DNA of 64,000 bases, taken from NCBI GenBank assembly GCA_045646945.1, contig JAZRLS010000022.1, forward strand, positions 1,181-65,180, written 5' to 3'. Positions within the stretch are counted from its first letter, which is position 1, and every line of letters begins with the position of its first letter. Under the pieces are notes generated by a model. The model made no database searches. It saw only the letters and a program-made list of their open reading frames with translations, and was not told where the DNA came from. The translations under genes and the position numbers were made by a program. This DNA comes from Eubacteriales bacterium (lineage in GTDB: Bacteria; Bacillota; Clostridia; Oscillospirales; CAG-272). Of this stretch, positions 40,372-51,388 are shown piece after piece.

Positions 40372-40977
40372 ATGAGCGAACATATCGAATCATTACAACG
40401 TTTGGCGGAGCAGTTTGGCCGTTTGCAGGGGGTTGGCAAAAAATCAGCGATGAGAATGGCATTTGCTGTTTTGGAAATGGATGAAGAAAAGGTTGCGGAG
40501 TTTGCTTCCGCAATGCTTGATGCCAAAGAAAAAATTCATCCTTGCCCGATTTGCGGAAATTTTACTGAAGACGAGATTTGTTACGTTTGTCAGGATGAAA
40601 CCAGAAATCAAAAGCTCATTTGCGTGGTGGAGGATGTTAAATCTCTGATGTCCATTGAGAAGGTCAGGGAATATCGCGGTGTTTATCACGTATTAAATGG
40701 TGTGATTTCTCCTGTCAATGGAATTACCCCTGATAAAATTCGCTTTGCTGAGCTGATGAAACGCGTCAATACCGAAGATATTGACGAGATAATTATTGCA
40801 ACCAACGCGACACCGGACGGAGAAATTACAGCAATGTATCTTTCTCGTGCCTTGCGCCCGTTTGAGCATCTCAAGGTTTCTCGCTTGGCATACGGTATCC
40901 CTGTAGGTTCGGATCTTGAGTACGCGGATGAAGTGACATTGGGACGCGCATTGGAGGGACGCAGATCTCTTTCATAA
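40372..40977 (+). CDS. recR: Recombination mediator RecR
   Basis: GVGKKSA, C4 zinc finger, ICVVE, YHVL, LEYADEVTL. Confidence 0.96.
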   Translation: MSEHIESLQRLAEQFGRLQGVGKKSAMRMAFAVLEMDEEKVAEFASAMLDAKEKIHPCPICGNFTEDEICYVCQDETRNQKLICVVEDVKSLMSIEKVREYRGVYHVLNGVISPVNGITPDKIRFAELMKRVNTEDIDEIIIATNATPDGEITAMYLSRALRPFEHLKVSRLAYGIPVGSDLEYADEVTLGRALEGRRSLS

Positions 40978-41015
40978 CAAAAAACCGTTATGCGATTTGC
41001 ATAACGGTTTTTTGT
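40978..41015. terminator. Bidirectional terminator
   Basis: CAAAAAACCGTTATGC-gattt-GCATAACGGTTTTTTG. Confidence 0.85.
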
Positions 41016-41023
41016 TTGCTTGG

Positions 41024-42682
41024 TTAGAATTTCAAAATGCTTTCGTCCCACATCTCGGGGGCTTCATAGCCCATAAGATTAACTATCGTAGCGGCAACAT
41101 TAGAAAGACCAAATTTTCCTTCGTCAGCTTTTACCGAATAGTTTTCTGCATAGAAATTATCATAAACGATGCAGGGAACAGGGTTGAGCGTGTGGCTAGT
41201 CTTTGCCTTGAACTTGCCGTTCTTGTCTGCTTTCGGGAGGCCCGTCTTCTTGTCGATTTCGTACATTTCATCGGCATTTCCGTGGTCAGCGGTAATCAGA
41301 GCAACACCTTTTGCTTTATCTACTGCGGAAAGAATTCTTGCGAGCTGCAGATCAAGTGCCTCCATCGAGCAACGGGTTGCAAGCAGAGAACCGGTGTGCC
41401 CAACCATATCTCCGTTCGGGAAGTTCACGCGCAGATACTGATATTTGCCGGATTCGATGCACTCAATAAGCTTATCGGTGATTTCAGCGCACTTCATCCA
41501 AGGTCTTTGCTCAAAGGGAACAACGTCAGAGGGAATTTCAATATAGGTTTCGAGCTCCTCGGAGAATTTGCCCGAACGATTTCCGTTCCAGAAATAGGTT
41601 ACGTGTCCGTATTTCTGTGTTTCGGAAATAGCAAGCTGAGAGACCCCCGTGTTGGTCAGATATTCACTCATCGTATTGGTGATCTCGGGAGGAGAAACCA
41701 AATATCTCTGAGGAATATGAAGATCTCCGTCATATTCAAGCATACCTGCGTATACGACCGAAGGTACGCGCTTGCGGTCAAACTTGTCAAAGGAACCTGC
41801 GGGAGCATCAAACGCCTTGGAAATTTCAATTGAACGGTCACCGCGGAAGTTGAAGAAGATGACACTGTCGCCATCCTCAATCGTTCCAACGGGAGCACCG
41901 TTTTCTACAATCACGAAAGGAGGGAGATCCTGGTCAATGACCTTGTACTCCTCACGATAGGTTTTTACAGCTTCTGCAGCACTTGCAAAGCCACGTCCTT
42001 CGCCAAGTACGTGTGTTTGCCAACCGCGCTCTACCATTGACCAATCAGCCTCATAGCGGTCCATTGTAATTTTCATACGTCCGCCACCAGAAGCAATTTT
42101 CGCGTCGAAGCTTGCGTCACAAAGCTCTCCGAGGAATGCTTCGAAAGGATCAATATATTCGAGCGCACTGGTTTCTCCAACGTCACGACCGTCAATCAGA
42201 ATATGAATGCGAACACGGGTAATGCCTTCTTCTTTGGCTCTTACCAGCATTGCTTTGAGGTGATCGATGTGCGAGTGTACATTGCCGTCCGAGAAAAGTC
42301 CCAAGAAGTGCAGGGTGCTTGCGTTGGTTTTTACATTGGCAACGATCGTTTGCCATGTTTCTGAGGCAAACATTTTTCCACTTTCAATAGATTGCGAAAC
42401 AAGCTTTGCGCCCTGAGCAAAAACCTGACCTGCACCGAGTGCATTATGTCCAACCTCAGAGTTTCCCATATCATCGTCCGAGGGAAGACCTACTGCCGTT
42501 CCATGTGCTTTCAAGGAAACTGTGGGATAGTTTGCCATCAGCATATCGAGCGTGGGCGTATATGCAGACGTTACCGCATTTGCTTCAGTTGCGGGGGCAA
42601 TACCGACACCATCCATAACGATCGTCAGAACAGGACCGGAAATGCCTTCAAATTTCGTTAATTTTTTCAAAGATTCAGCCAT
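41024..42682 (-). CDS. gpmI: 2,3-bisphosphoglycerate-independent phosphoglycerate mutase
   Basis: MGNSEVGH, DGRD, MDRY, NFRGDR, ETQKYGHVTYF, DMVGHTG, ADHGNA. Confidence 0.96.
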   Translation of the reverse strand: MAESLKKLTKFEGISGPVLTIVMDGVGIAPATEANAVTSAYTPTLDMLMANYPTVSLKAHGTAVGLPSDDDMGNSEVGHNALGAGQVFAQGAKLVSQSIESGKMFASETWQTIVANVKTNASTLHFLGLFSDGNVHSHIDHLKAMLVRAKEEGITRVRIHILIDGRDVGETSALEYIDPFEAFLGELCDASFDAKIASGGGRMKITMDRYEADWSMVERGWQTHVLGEGRGFASAAEAVKTYREEYKVIDQDLPPFVIVENGAPVGTIEDGDSVIFFNFRGDRSIEISKAFDAPAGSFDKFDRKRVPSVVYAGMLEYDGDLHIPQRYLVSPPEITNTMSEYLTNTGVSQLAISETQKYGHVTYFWNGNRSGKFSEELETYIEIPSDVVPFEQRPWMKCAEITDKLIECIESGKYQYLRVNFPNGDMVGHTGSLLATRCSMEALDLQLARILSAVDKAKGVALITADHGNADEMYEIDKKTGLPKADKNGKFKAKTSHTLNPVPCIVYDNFYAENYSVKADEGKFGLSNVAATIVNLMGYEAPEMWDESILKF

Positions 42683-42833
42683 ATTAACCTCCAAGAATTT
42701 AGATAAAACTTTAATCTTATATAGTATACCCCGAAATCGTTTTTTTTTCAAGTAGGAATTGGAAATTTTTTATTCTTTTCCATATTTTTCTCAAAAAAGG
42801 ACAATAAATGTCTGACATTATCTTCTTTATTTC

Positions 42834-42968
42834 TTGAAATTTTTTGAGAGATATTTTATAATATTAACAAAGAGAGTTGTGCAATTTTTAAAAAATCATC
42901 TAACTTTTTATAAAAAGCACAAAAAAATAAGTAAACCACTTGCATTTCTTATATTCTTATGCTATAAT
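42834..42968 (+). promoter_or_regulatory. Tandem sigma-A promoters upstream of tRNA-Val
   Basis: TTGAAA(42834)-17-TATAAT(42857) and TTGCAT(42940)-17-TATAAT(42963). Confidence 0.65.
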
Positions 42969-42982
42969 AAAAAACAAGATAT

Positions 42983-43059
<77 letters not shown>

Positions 43060-43077
43060 TTTTTTTAGGAGGGTATT

Positions 43078-43809
43078 ATGATTAGAGTATTGGTTTGGAA
43101 CGAGTATCAGCACGAGCAGGAAAGCGAAAAAATCGCTGCTGTATATCCGGAGGGTATTCACGGTGCGATTGCTGAATTTCTTGGTCAGGAAGAAGATATT
43201 ACCGTAAAAACCGCTACGTTATACGACGAAAATTGCGGAATCACCAAGGAGCTTTTGGATGAAACCGATGTTTTGATCTGGTGGAGCCATATTGCTCAGC
43301 ATAAGGTTCCTGATGAGATTGCATTTATGGTTCGTAATGCTGTGCTTGAGGGAATGGGAATTATTTTTCTTCATTCCGCACATCGTTCCAAGCCCTTCCG
43401 TTATCTGATGGGTACCTCCTGCAATCTTACGTGGAGAGAATCCGATGACAAGGAAGTGCTTTGGGTTATCGATCCCGCACATCCGATTACCCGCGGCATT
43501 GACCGTTATTTTACGCTTCCCGCAGAAGAAACCTACGGCGAGCCCTTTGTGATCCCGAATCCCGATAAGGTGCTTCTTATCGGAAACTATTCCGGCGGTG
43601 AGGTCTTCCGTTCGGGCGTGCTTTACGAGCGTGGCAACGGAAAGGTCTTCTATTTCCAGCCCGGACACGAGTCGTATCCGACCTTCCGTGTTCCTGAGGT
43701 GCAAACCATTATCAAGAATGCGGTTCGCTTCATAGCTCCTACCTACAGACAGCTTATCACTTGTCCCAAGGTTCGTAAGATCACCGATGATGGACCTTAC
43801 CTGCACTAA
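43078..43809 (+). CDS. ThuA-like (trehalose utilisation) protein
   Basis: VLVWNE..HE, YPEGIHGAIA, DVLIWWSH, LHSAH, EETYGEPF, GGEVFRSG, FQPGHESYP. Confidence 0.9.
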   Translation: MIRVLVWNEYQHEQESEKIAAVYPEGIHGAIAEFLGQEEDITVKTATLYDENCGITKELLDETDVLIWWSHIAQHKVPDEIAFMVRNAVLEGMGIIFLHSAHRSKPFRYLMGTSCNLTWRESDDKEVLWVIDPAHPITRGIDRYFTLPAEETYGEPFVIPNPDKVLLIGNYSGGEVFRSGVLYERGNGKVFYFQPGHESYPTFRVPEVQTIIKNAVRFIAPTYRQLITCPKVRKITDDGPYLH

Positions 43810-43860
43810 AATTATATATTGAACTATATAATACATTTTTATATTATGGAGGATTAAAAA

Positions 43861-44946
43861 ATGGCCAGACTGATTAAAGTTGGTATCATTGGATGTGGCG
43901 GAATTGCAAACGGCAAGCACATGCCTTCGCTGAAGAGAGTAAAGGATTGCGAAATGGTTGCATTCTGTGACATCATTCCCGAGCGCGCTGAAAAGGCAGC
44001 TCAAGAATTCGGCGTCCCTGGTGCGAAGACCTACACCGATTATAAGGAACTCCTCAAGGATCCCGAGATCGAGGTTGTTCACGTTTGTACTCCGAACCGC
44101 GCACATAGCTTCATTACGGTAGATGCACTTGAAGCTGGTAAGCACGTTATGTGTGAAAAGCCTATGGCAATCAACTCGGCAGAAGCAAAGAAGATGCTGG
44201 ATGCTGCTGCTCGTACGGGCAAGAAGCTTTCGATCGGTTATCAGAGCCGTTTCCGCGCGGATTCTCAGTATCTGAAGCAGGAAGCAGAAGCAGGAACCTT
44301 TGGCGAAATTTATTATGCAAAGGCAACGGCACTTCGCCGTCGCGCAGTTCCTACTTGGGGCGTGTTCCTCAACGAGTATGAGCAGGGTGGCGGTCCTTTG
44401 ATCGATATCGGAACCCATGCACTTGACCTGACCCTTTGGATGATGAACAACTACAAGCCGAAGTACTGTGTTGGTTCGGTTTACCACAAGCTCAACAAGG
44501 ACACCGATCAGGGTAACACCTTTGGTCAGTGGAATCCCGATGAGTACACGGTAGAAGATTCTGCGTTCGGTTTCATCGTTATGGAAAACGGCGCTACGAT
44601 CGTTCTTGAGTCCTCTTGGGCACTGAATACCCTTGACGTTCGCGAGGCTGTAACTACGATTTGCGGAACCAAGGCAGGTGCTGATATGAACGATGGTCTT
44701 CGTATTAACGGTGTTAAGAACAATAGACAGTACGTTACGAAGCCCGACTTCAAGGCAGGCGGCGTTGCATTCAACCCCGGTGAGAAGCCCGAATCGGCTG
44801 CTGATATGGAAGAGCGTCTTTGGATCGAAGCTGTTCGCGACGACAAGACCCCCGTTACGCTTCCTGAGCAGGCCTACTGCGTAACGCAGATCCTCGAGGG
44901 TATCTACGAGTCCTCGAAGAGCGGCAAGCCTTACTACTTTAACTAA
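43861..44946 (+). CDS. Gfo/Idh/MocA family NAD(P)-dependent oxidoreductase
   Basis: GIIGCGGIA, VCTPN, HVMCEKP, GGGPLIDIGTHALD. Confidence 0.93.
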   Translation: MARLIKVGIIGCGGIANGKHMPSLKRVKDCEMVAFCDIIPERAEKAAQEFGVPGAKTYTDYKELLKDPEIEVVHVCTPNRAHSFITVDALEAGKHVMCEKPMAINSAEAKKMLDAAARTGKKLSIGYQSRFRADSQYLKQEAEAGTFGEIYYAKATALRRRAVPTWGVFLNEYEQGGGPLIDIGTHALDLTLWMMNNYKPKYCVGSVYHKLNKDTDQGNTFGQWNPDEYTVEDSAFGFIVMENGATIVLESSWALNTLDVREAVTTICGTKAGADMNDGLRINGVKNNRQYVTKPDFKAGGVAFNPGEKPESAADMEERLWIEAVRDDKTPVTLPEQAYCVTQILEGIYESSKSGKPYYFN

Positions 44947-44955
44947 TTAAAGTCA

Positions 44956-45036
44956 ATCCCCTCAAGGAAAATCCTTGAGGGGATCTTCTTTTTAAAATCA
45001 AAAAGAGACGCATACAAAACATATGCGTCTCTTTTT
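44956..45036. terminator. Two back-to-back terminators between convergent operons
   Basis: ATCCCCTCAAGGA-aaa-TCCTTGAGGGGAT and AAAAAGAGACGCATA-caaaaca-TATGCGTCTCTTTTT. Confidence 0.82.
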
Positions 45037-45037
45037 A

Positions 45038-46357
45038 CTATTTATTGGAAGAAAGTTCCCCGGAGATCGGCGTTGTTTCGTCCAACGAGATAACTTCTTT
45101 GGTGACGTATTGCGGTAAGCAATCTTTATCAATACGAACTTCAGCCAAATCTTCGCGGGAAGGGATGTCATACATCATCGGAAGCATCATCGTTTCCATA
45201 ATGGAACGAAGTCCTCTGGCCCCTGTATTACGTTCAATTGCTTGTGCCGCAATGGCTTCAAGCGCTTCACGGTCAAAATTCAACGTTACACCATCCATCT
45301 CAAAGAGCTTGATATACTGCTTAACAAGTGAGTTTTTCGGTTCGCTGAGAATGCGAACTAATGCATCCTTATCGAGATCGTTCAATGCAACTGTGACGGG
45401 AATTCTACCAACAAGCTCGGGAATTAAACCAAACTTTACGATATCGTGGGGAACGACGTCACGGAAAATTCCCGTGCTTCTACGTTCGGATTTCTTCTTG
45501 ATCTCGCTCGAAAATCCAATCGTTTGGTTTCCTTGACGCTTTTCAATGATTTTATCCAAACCGTCAAATGCGCCACCGCAAATAAAGAGAATATTTTCGG
45601 TGTTGATTTGGATAAATTCTTGGTTCGGATGTTTTCTTCCGCCTTGAGGGGGAACATTGGCTACCGTACCTTCGAGAATTTTCAACAGTGCCTGCTGAAC
45701 GCCTTCTCCCGATACATCACGGGTGATAGAGCGGTTTTCGCTCTTACGTGCGATTTTGTCGATTTCATCGATATAAATAATGCCTTTTTCCGCAAGTTCA
45801 ATATCATAATCTGCTGCCTGAATCAATCGGAGAAGGATATTTTCTACGTCTTCTCCTACGTATCCAGCCTCGGTCAGTGTTGTAGCGTCTGCAATGGCAA
45901 AGGGAACTTTTAAGGTTTTTGCCAAAGTTTGCGCTAAATAGGTCTTTCCAACACCCGTAGGACCGATCAAAAGCACGTTGCTTTTTTGAAGATCGACCTC
46001 AGGCGTTGCATCCTCGGCACGCTCATTTTCCTTTGCGCTCTTGTAGAGAATTCGCTTGTAATGATTGTATACGGCAACCGACAGAGCAACCTTCGCTTCG
46101 TCCTGTCCGATAACGTATTCGTCAAGGGTTTCTTTGATCTGCTTGGGTTTAGGAAGCGTGTCAAAAGAAATATCGTCAACGTTGGTTTCGGTCGCAACCG
46201 TAGTTTCATAAATCAGCTGTTGACAAGCGTCTACGCAAAAATCGCAGATATATGCGCCTGTGGGGGAGGGAATCAAAAAGTTGACCTGATTTTCCTTTCG
46301 TCCACAAAAGGAGCAAAATCTAGAAGGGGGATTATTGTTGTTGGAATTTGAAGACAT
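45038..46357 (-). CDS. clpX: ATP-dependent Clp protease ATP-binding subunit
   Basis: CSFCG zinc domain, [39 protein letters not shown] loop. Confidence 0.97.
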   Translation of the reverse strand: MSSNSNNNNPPSRFCSFCGRKENQVNFLIPSPTGAYICDFCVDACQQLIYETTVATETNVDDISFDTLPKPKQIKETLDEYVIGQDEAKVALSVAVYNHYKRILYKSAKENERAEDATPEVDLQKSNVLLIGPTGVGKTYLAQTLAKTLKVPFAIADATTLTEAGYVGEDVENILLRLIQAADYDIELAEKGIIYIDEIDKIARKSENRSITRDVSGEGVQQALLKILEGTVANVPPQGGRKHPNQEFIQINTENILFICGGAFDGLDKIIEKRQGNQTIGFSSEIKKKSERRSTGIFRDVVPHDIVKFGLIPELVGRIPVTVALNDLDKDALVRILSEPKNSLVKQYIKLFEMDGVTLNFDREALEAIAAQAIERNTGARGLRSIMETMMLPMMYDIPSREDLAEVRIDKDCLPQYVTKEVISLDETTPISGELSSNK

Positions 46358-46387
46358 AAGTCTTTCCTTTCAAGTTTGATACGTGAA

Positions 46388-46999
46388 TTAGGATCTCTTG
46401 GCAAAGATCTTATCGATCAAGCCGTAATCCAGTGCCTGCTGTGCGGTCATGAAGTTGTCGCGCTCGGTGTCACGTGCAATTTCTTCAATCGGACGTCCTG
46501 TGTTTTCTGCCAGAATTCGATTGAGGTTATCACGCGTTCTCAAAATTAAATCCGCCTGAATTTTGATGTCGGTCGCCTGACCCTTTGCACCGCCCAAGGG
46601 CTGATGAATCATAATCTCGCTGTTGGGAAGAGCAATTCGCTTGCCCTTAGCACCTGCAGAGAGCAAAAATGCGCCCATGCTGGCAGCCATACCAATGCAA
46701 ATCGTAGAAACGTCACACTTGATATAATTCATCGTATCATAAATAGCCATGCCGGCGGTAACAGAACCGCCGGGGCTATTAATGTAAAAACAAATATCCT
46801 TATCAGGATCCTGAGCTTCAAGAAAAAGAAGCTGAGCAACAACCAGAGATGCCGTCGTATCGTTCACTTCATCGGACAAAAAGATAATTCTGTCGTTGAG
46901 CAAACGAGAAAAAATGTCGTAAGAACGCTCACCTTTGCCCGTCTGTTCCACAACCATAGGAACCAACGCGCTATAAATATTTCTTTCGGAATTATTCAT
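46388..46999 (-). CDS. clpP: ATP-dependent Clp protease proteolytic subunit
   Basis: [27 protein letters not shown]. Confidence 0.98.
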   Translation of the reverse strand: MNNSERNIYSALVPMVVEQTGKGERSYDIFSRLLNDRIIFLSDEVNDTTASLVVAQLLFLEAQDPDKDICFYINSPGGSVTAGMAIYDTMNYIKCDVSTICIGMAASMGAFLLSAGAKGKRIALPNSEIMIHQPLGGAKGQATDIKIQADLILRTRDNLNRILAENTGRPIEEIARDTERDNFMTAQQALDYGLIDKIFAKRS

Positions 47000-47037
47000 T
47001 CAAATCACCTCCAAAAATTGTTGCAAAAGGGAACTGC

Positions 47038-48327
47038 TTAGGCTTCCTTTGCCTTAATGACAGCCTTCTCCTTAACGAAATCCATTGCCTTCTGAACCTT
47101 CATATCCTCGGCAATTGCTTCGGAATCAATGCTTGCCTTCACCTGATCTACTTCAATGCCGTAAGCGGAAGCGATCTTTTCATATTCAGCATTAACGTCC
47201 TCTTCGGTAGCTACAAGGTTCTCGAGCGCAGCGATCTTCTCAAGAGCAAGTCTTGCCTTGACCTGACGCTCTGCCTGAGGTCTCATCTGCTCACGAAGAG
47301 CATCGAGATTCATACCAGTGTACTTGAAGTAGGTCTTGAGATCCAAGCCCTGTGCGCGGAGTCTAGTGTCATAGTCGCGAACGTAGTTTTCGGTTTCAGC
47401 CTCGTACATTGCCTCAGGAATATCAGCCTCGAGCTTCTCAATCAAGGTAGCAACGAGCTGATCCTCCACTGCGTTTTCTGCAGCAGCCTCATGTCTCTTC
47501 TCAATTTTTGCCTTGAGATCAGTCTTATATTCATCAAAGGTATCAAATTCGGAAATATCCTTTGCAAAATCATCATCCAGCGTAGGAAGCTCCACGCGGG
47601 TGATGGCATGAATCTTTACTTTGAATACAGCAGGTTTGCCTGCGAGATCTTCTGCGTGATACTCGGTGGGGAAGGTAACGTTTACGTCGAATTCCTCATC
47701 GATATTCTTGCCGACGATCTGCTCTTCAAATCCGGGGATAAACGAACCGGATCCGAGCTTCAGCGCGTAGTCCGTACCCTTACCGCCCTCAAAAGCAACG
47801 CCGTCGCAGAAGCCTTCAAAGTCGATAACTGTGGTGTCGCCCATTTCAGCGGCACGATCGGTAACTTCGATTTCTCTGGAGTTTCTCTCACGTACGGTTT
47901 CGATTTCCTTTTCAACTTCCTCGTCGGTGACGGGAGTAACGTTCTTTTCAACCTCAATGCCTGCATAGTCCTTGATCTCTACTTCGGGTTTTACGTAAAC
48001 CTTTGCGGAGAGAACAAGACCGTTGTCGTCGATCGAAACAACGTCAAACTCAGGCTGACCTACGATGTCAAGTCCCGATTCCTTGGCAGCATCGGTATAA
48101 GCCGCGGGAATCAAATCATTGATTGCGTCCTCGTAGAAAACGCCCGTGCCATACATTTTTTCGATAATGGAGCGGGGAGCTTTGCCCTTTCTAAAGCCGG
48201 GAACAGTGATGGACTTGACCTGCTTACGATAAACAGCGGAAACGGCAGCGTCAAAGGTTGCCTTGTCGATCGAGATCTGCAGCTCGTATCTGTTTTTTTC
48301 GATAAGTTCAGATTTTGTTAAACTCAT
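47038..48327 (-). CDS. tig: Trigger factor
   Basis: PGFRKGKAP, FKBP domain FIPGFEEQ; tig-clpP-clpX order. Confidence 0.97.
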   Translation of the reverse strand: MSLTKSELIEKNRYELQISIDKATFDAAVSAVYRKQVKSITVPGFRKGKAPRSIIEKMYGTGVFYEDAINDLIPAAYTDAAKESGLDIVGQPEFDVVSIDDNGLVLSAKVYVKPEVEIKDYAGIEVEKNVTPVTDEEVEKEIETVRERNSREIEVTDRAAEMGDTTVIDFEGFCDGVAFEGGKGTDYALKLGSGSFIPGFEEQIVGKNIDEEFDVNVTFPTEYHAEDLAGKPAVFKVKIHAITRVELPTLDDDFAKDISEFDTFDEYKTDLKAKIEKRHEAAAENAVEDQLVATLIEKLEADIPEAMYEAETENYVRDYDTRLRAQGLDLKTYFKYTGMNLDALREQMRPQAERQVKARLALEKIAALENLVATEEDVNAEYEKIASAYGIEVDQVKASIDSEAIAEDMKVQKAMDFVKEKAVIKAKEA

Positions 48328-48420
48328 TTGGTTTAAACCTCCGATGTTAAAATAATTTTTTACATACAGTATATATTGTACTAATTTTTGTTAATTTTGT
48401 CAATAGCTTTTTTGAAAATA

Positions 48421-49137
48421 TCAAAGAATTTGAGGAATAAAATCAAGATAATCTGCCGAAATCAGTTGGAAACGGATGTCATCCTCGAAGAAAGAGGAGG
48501 GAAGTTGGTACGAACTGTGAATATGCCCGAAATAACAGCGTTTAATCCCGTGATTTTTCAAGAGATCAAGGATCTCCTCACAGCGAAAATCTCCCCAAAC
48601 AGGCGGAAAATGCAAAAAGGTAAGAATTTCTTTTCCTGTTTGTATTCTGAGCTTATGTGCGGCATCTAATGACATACCTAGGCGAATGATTTCTCGATTG
48701 ATAATTTTGGCATAATCAACATCCTGAGACGCTGTTTGCATAGAACGGTCGGTAAACCATCCGCGAGAGCCTGCTAAAATATAATCTTCTGCTTCGATTG
48801 CGCTGTTGTTCAAAATGTCGATGGTATTTATACAGTTTTCACAAAAGAATTTTTTCATTTTTGATGCGGTACTCCACCAAAAATCGTGATTTCCCTTCAT
48901 CAAAATCTTTTTTCCGGGTAAAGCGTCAATCCATTTTAAATCATACAGTGCTGCTTCCAGAGTTAATGCCCAAGAAATATCACCGGGAACAACCACGGTA
49001 TCACTGTCTTTTACGATTGCTTGCCAATTTTTTTGAAGTTTATTGACGTAATTTTTCCATCGGTTGCCAAAGACCTCCATGGATTTTTCGTTACTTTTGG
49101 TGTCCAAATGAAGATCCGCAATCACAAAAATTGCCAT
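48421..49137 (-). CDS. Metallophosphoesterase (calcineurin-like)
   Basis: ADLH, PGDISW, KGNHD, HFPP, GHIH. Confidence 0.88.
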   Translation of the reverse strand: MAIFVIADLHLDTKSNEKSMEVFGNRWKNYVNKLQKNWQAIVKDSDTVVVPGDISWALTLEAALYDLKWIDALPGKKILMKGNHDFWWSTASKMKKFFCENCINTIDILNNSAIEAEDYILAGSRGWFTDRSMQTASQDVDYAKIINREIIRLGMSLDAAHKLRIQTGKEILTFLHFPPVWGDFRCEEILDLLKNHGIKRCYFGHIHSSYQLPSSFFEDDIRFQLISADYLDFIPQIL

Positions 49138-49226
49138 GAAAGATCCTTTCTTCGTTACGCAAGAAGCGTATGAATGCGATGCTTTTGAGAATAATAATAG
49201 TAATCTTGTAAAGGAGGATAAATAAG

Positions 49227-49418
49227 ATGGATTGTAGTACCAACAAGGAAGGTTGCCCCATTACGAAGGAGCACATCAAGGGTATCTGCTGTGACGTAAA
49301 GAACTGCGTTTATCACGATTGCGATACGCATTGTACGGCAAAACAGATCGAAGTCGGTCCTAGCAGTGCTTGTAGTAGTGCCGACACGGTATGCGTAACC
49401 TTTAAGGAAAGAAAATAA
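49227..49418 (+). CDS. DUF1540-like Cys-rich small protein
   Basis: ICCDVKNCVYH...CTAKQIEV...TVCVTF; GAGG RBS. Confidence 0.8.
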   Translation: MDCSTNKEGCPITKEHIKGICCDVKNCVYHDCDTHCTAKQIEVGPSSACSSADTVCVTFKERK

Positions 49419-49431
49419 GTAGACTGTTAAT

Positions 49432-49462
49432 TTGGGTTGCCGCACAAGGTGTGGCAACCCAA
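49432..49462. terminator. Hairpin between convergent genes
   Basis: TTGGGTTGCCGCAC-aag-GTGTGGCAACCCAA. Confidence 0.75.
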
Positions 49463-49476
49463 TCTCCATGTTTTTA

Positions 49477-50955
49477 TTACATAAAGCGATATACTTCCGT
49501 TAGCATATCTTCTGCGTTGATCACCTTATTAAAACGAATTTCGCGTTCTGCAAGATTACGCAAGGGGAGCGTAATTTCGGTCGAGGTGAGAGCCGAAAGA
49601 TCGTCAAGTGCTCCTGTTTCTGCCGAAGCTTCATTTCCTGTAATCGACTTATATACGTCAGAAGCAAACTTATAGGGGCTCGCGGTAGAAGCAACAATCA
49701 TCTTCTTTGTGTCGCCGGTTTCAGCCATATACTTCTCAGCGCAATTTAATGCGACAGAGGTATGGGTATCGGCAAGATATCCTTCTTGTTCGTAGAATTT
49801 CTTCAGAGTGTTTGCGGTTTCTGCTTCATCTGCAAAATAGCCTACGAAGGTTTCGTCGATCATCTGTTTGATTTCATCAGAAACGGTATATTTCCCATTC
49901 TTTGCAAGCTCAGCCATATAGCCTGCGGTCTGTGCCGCATCCGAAGCAAAATAGAGCAGACGTTCGAGGTTGCTGGAAATCAAAATATCCATAGAGGGCG
50001 ACATAGTAAGATGGAAATCACGGTTTCTGTCATAGGTGCCCGTTCTCAAAAATTCGGTCAGTACGTTATTGGCGTTTGATGCACAGACGAGTTTGTTGAG
50101 AGGCAAGCCCATCTTTTTAGCGATATATGCGGCAAAAATGTTACCGAAGTTACCCGTAGGGACACATACGTTAACAGTTTCTCCGTAAGAGATTTCACCT
50201 GCATTTAAGAGATCACAGTATGCCGAAACGTAGTAAACGATCTGAGGAGCCAAACGTCCCCAGTTGATGGAATTGGCACTCGACAGAACGTAGGAATGCT
50301 CAAGAAGCTTTGCTTTGGCTTCTGCATTCGAAAAGATCTTCTTTACACCGTTTTGCGCATCGTCAAAGTTTCCTTTGATGGCGCATACGTTGACGTTCGA
50401 TCCGGTTTGCGTTGCCATCTGGAGCTTTTGAACCTTACTAACACCGTCTACGGGATAGAATACCATAATTTTGATGCGATCGATATCCTTATATCCCTCA
50501 AGAGCGGCTTTTCCTGTATCGCCCGAGGTTGCTACCAGAATGAGTGCCGTGTTATCCTCGCCTGTCTTTACGAGTGCACGGGAGAGGAGACGGGGCATAA
50601 TTTGCAACGCCATATCCTTGAATGCTGCTGTAGGACCATGCCAAAGCTCCAAAGAAAAGAGGTTGTCGGTTACTTTTTTCAGAGGAGCTGCGCCTCCCTG
50701 AAAAGAGGTTTCACTATATGCCGCAGTACAATCGGAAAGCAACTCTTCTGCCGTATAATCGGTTAAAAACTTACCAAGAATGTAAGCTGCTCGCTCATGA
50801 TAGGATTTTTGGCAAAGGTCAAGCACTTCTTCCTTGGTCAAGGAAGGGATTGCTTCGGGGACAAACAATCCGCCGTCGTTTGCCAAGCCCTGCTTGATGA
50901 CCTGTGCCGATTCGAATTTCGTTTCTTTTGTGTCTCTGGTACTGTAAAACTTCAT
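49477..50955 (-). CDS. thrC: Threonine synthase
   Basis: YSTR, GLANDGGLFVP, LELWHGPTAAFKD, ATSGDTG, NSINWGRL, PTGNFGN, SSNLERL. Confidence 0.96.
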   Translation of the reverse strand: MKFYSTRDTKETKFESAQVIKQGLANDGGLFVPEAIPSLTKEEVLDLCQKSYHERAAYILGKFLTDYTAEELLSDCTAAYSETSFQGGAAPLKKVTDNLFSLELWHGPTAAFKDMALQIMPRLLSRALVKTGEDNTALILVATSGDTGKAALEGYKDIDRIKIMVFYPVDGVSKVQKLQMATQTGSNVNVCAIKGNFDDAQNGVKKIFSNAEAKAKLLEHSYVLSSANSINWGRLAPQIVYYVSAYCDLLNAGEISYGETVNVCVPTGNFGNIFAAYIAKKMGLPLNKLVCASNANNVLTEFLRTGTYDRNRDFHLTMSPSMDILISSNLERLLYFASDAAQTAGYMAELAKNGKYTVSDEIKQMIDETFVGYFADEAETANTLKKFYEQEGYLADTHTSVALNCAEKYMAETGDTKKMIVASTASPYKFASDVYKSITGNEASAETGALDDLSALTSTEITLPLRNLAEREIRFNKVINAEDMLTEVYRFM

Positions 50956-50998
50956 AATTGTTGCCTTTCTGTATGATATTGCATAATCTTTTATTTTG

Positions 50999-51388
50999 TT
51001 ACGATACACCAAATGCGTTGATAATGTGGTTGATCTTCAATAAACGGTGAGTTTCTTTTTCAAGAAAAACCTCGATTATATCCATCCGCGGTTGCTTTTG
51101 TTTTTCGCGCTCTTTACAAGAAGATAGATACGCCTGCGCCGCTTTGACAGTACGCCGTTGCTTTTGTCGGTCGACGGCAGAGGCGGGAGAGCCGTAGGTA
51201 AGATAAAGATTCTCACTGACCGATCTTGCCTTTACCTCTACAAAGACAAGGTAGTGTTTATCACTCACAATCAAATCGATCTCGTTATGTGATTGATGCT
51301 TATTTTTTTCTAAAACGCGATAGCCCTGCTTTTTTAAAAATTTTGCCGCGTGGGCTTCACCAAGGCGACCGATTTCTACGGTTTTCAT
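50999..51388 (-). CDS. yraN: YraN family endonuclease-like protein
   Basis: GRLGE, EIDLI, LVFVEVKAR; follows rnhB. Confidence 0.9.
   Translation of the reverse strand: MKTVEIGRLGEAHAAKFLKKQGYRVLEKNKHQSHNEIDLIVSDKHYLVFVEVKARSVSENLYLTYGSPASAVDRQKQRRTVKAAQAYLSSCKEREKQKQPRMDIIEVFLEKETHRLLKINHIINAFGVS

Noticed and set aside
42799-42812. GGAC-N6-TGTC upstream of gpmI resembling a CggR site
   Set aside because: Only one partial copy, whereas the known operator has two direct repeats; could be chance
43219-44487. 422-aa antisense ORF, and similar long antisense ORFs at 5903-6922, 10241-11620, 14669-15700 and 33892-34917
   Set aside because: They lie opposite well-identified genes, lack RBS and recognisable motifs, and are expected shadows of codon bias
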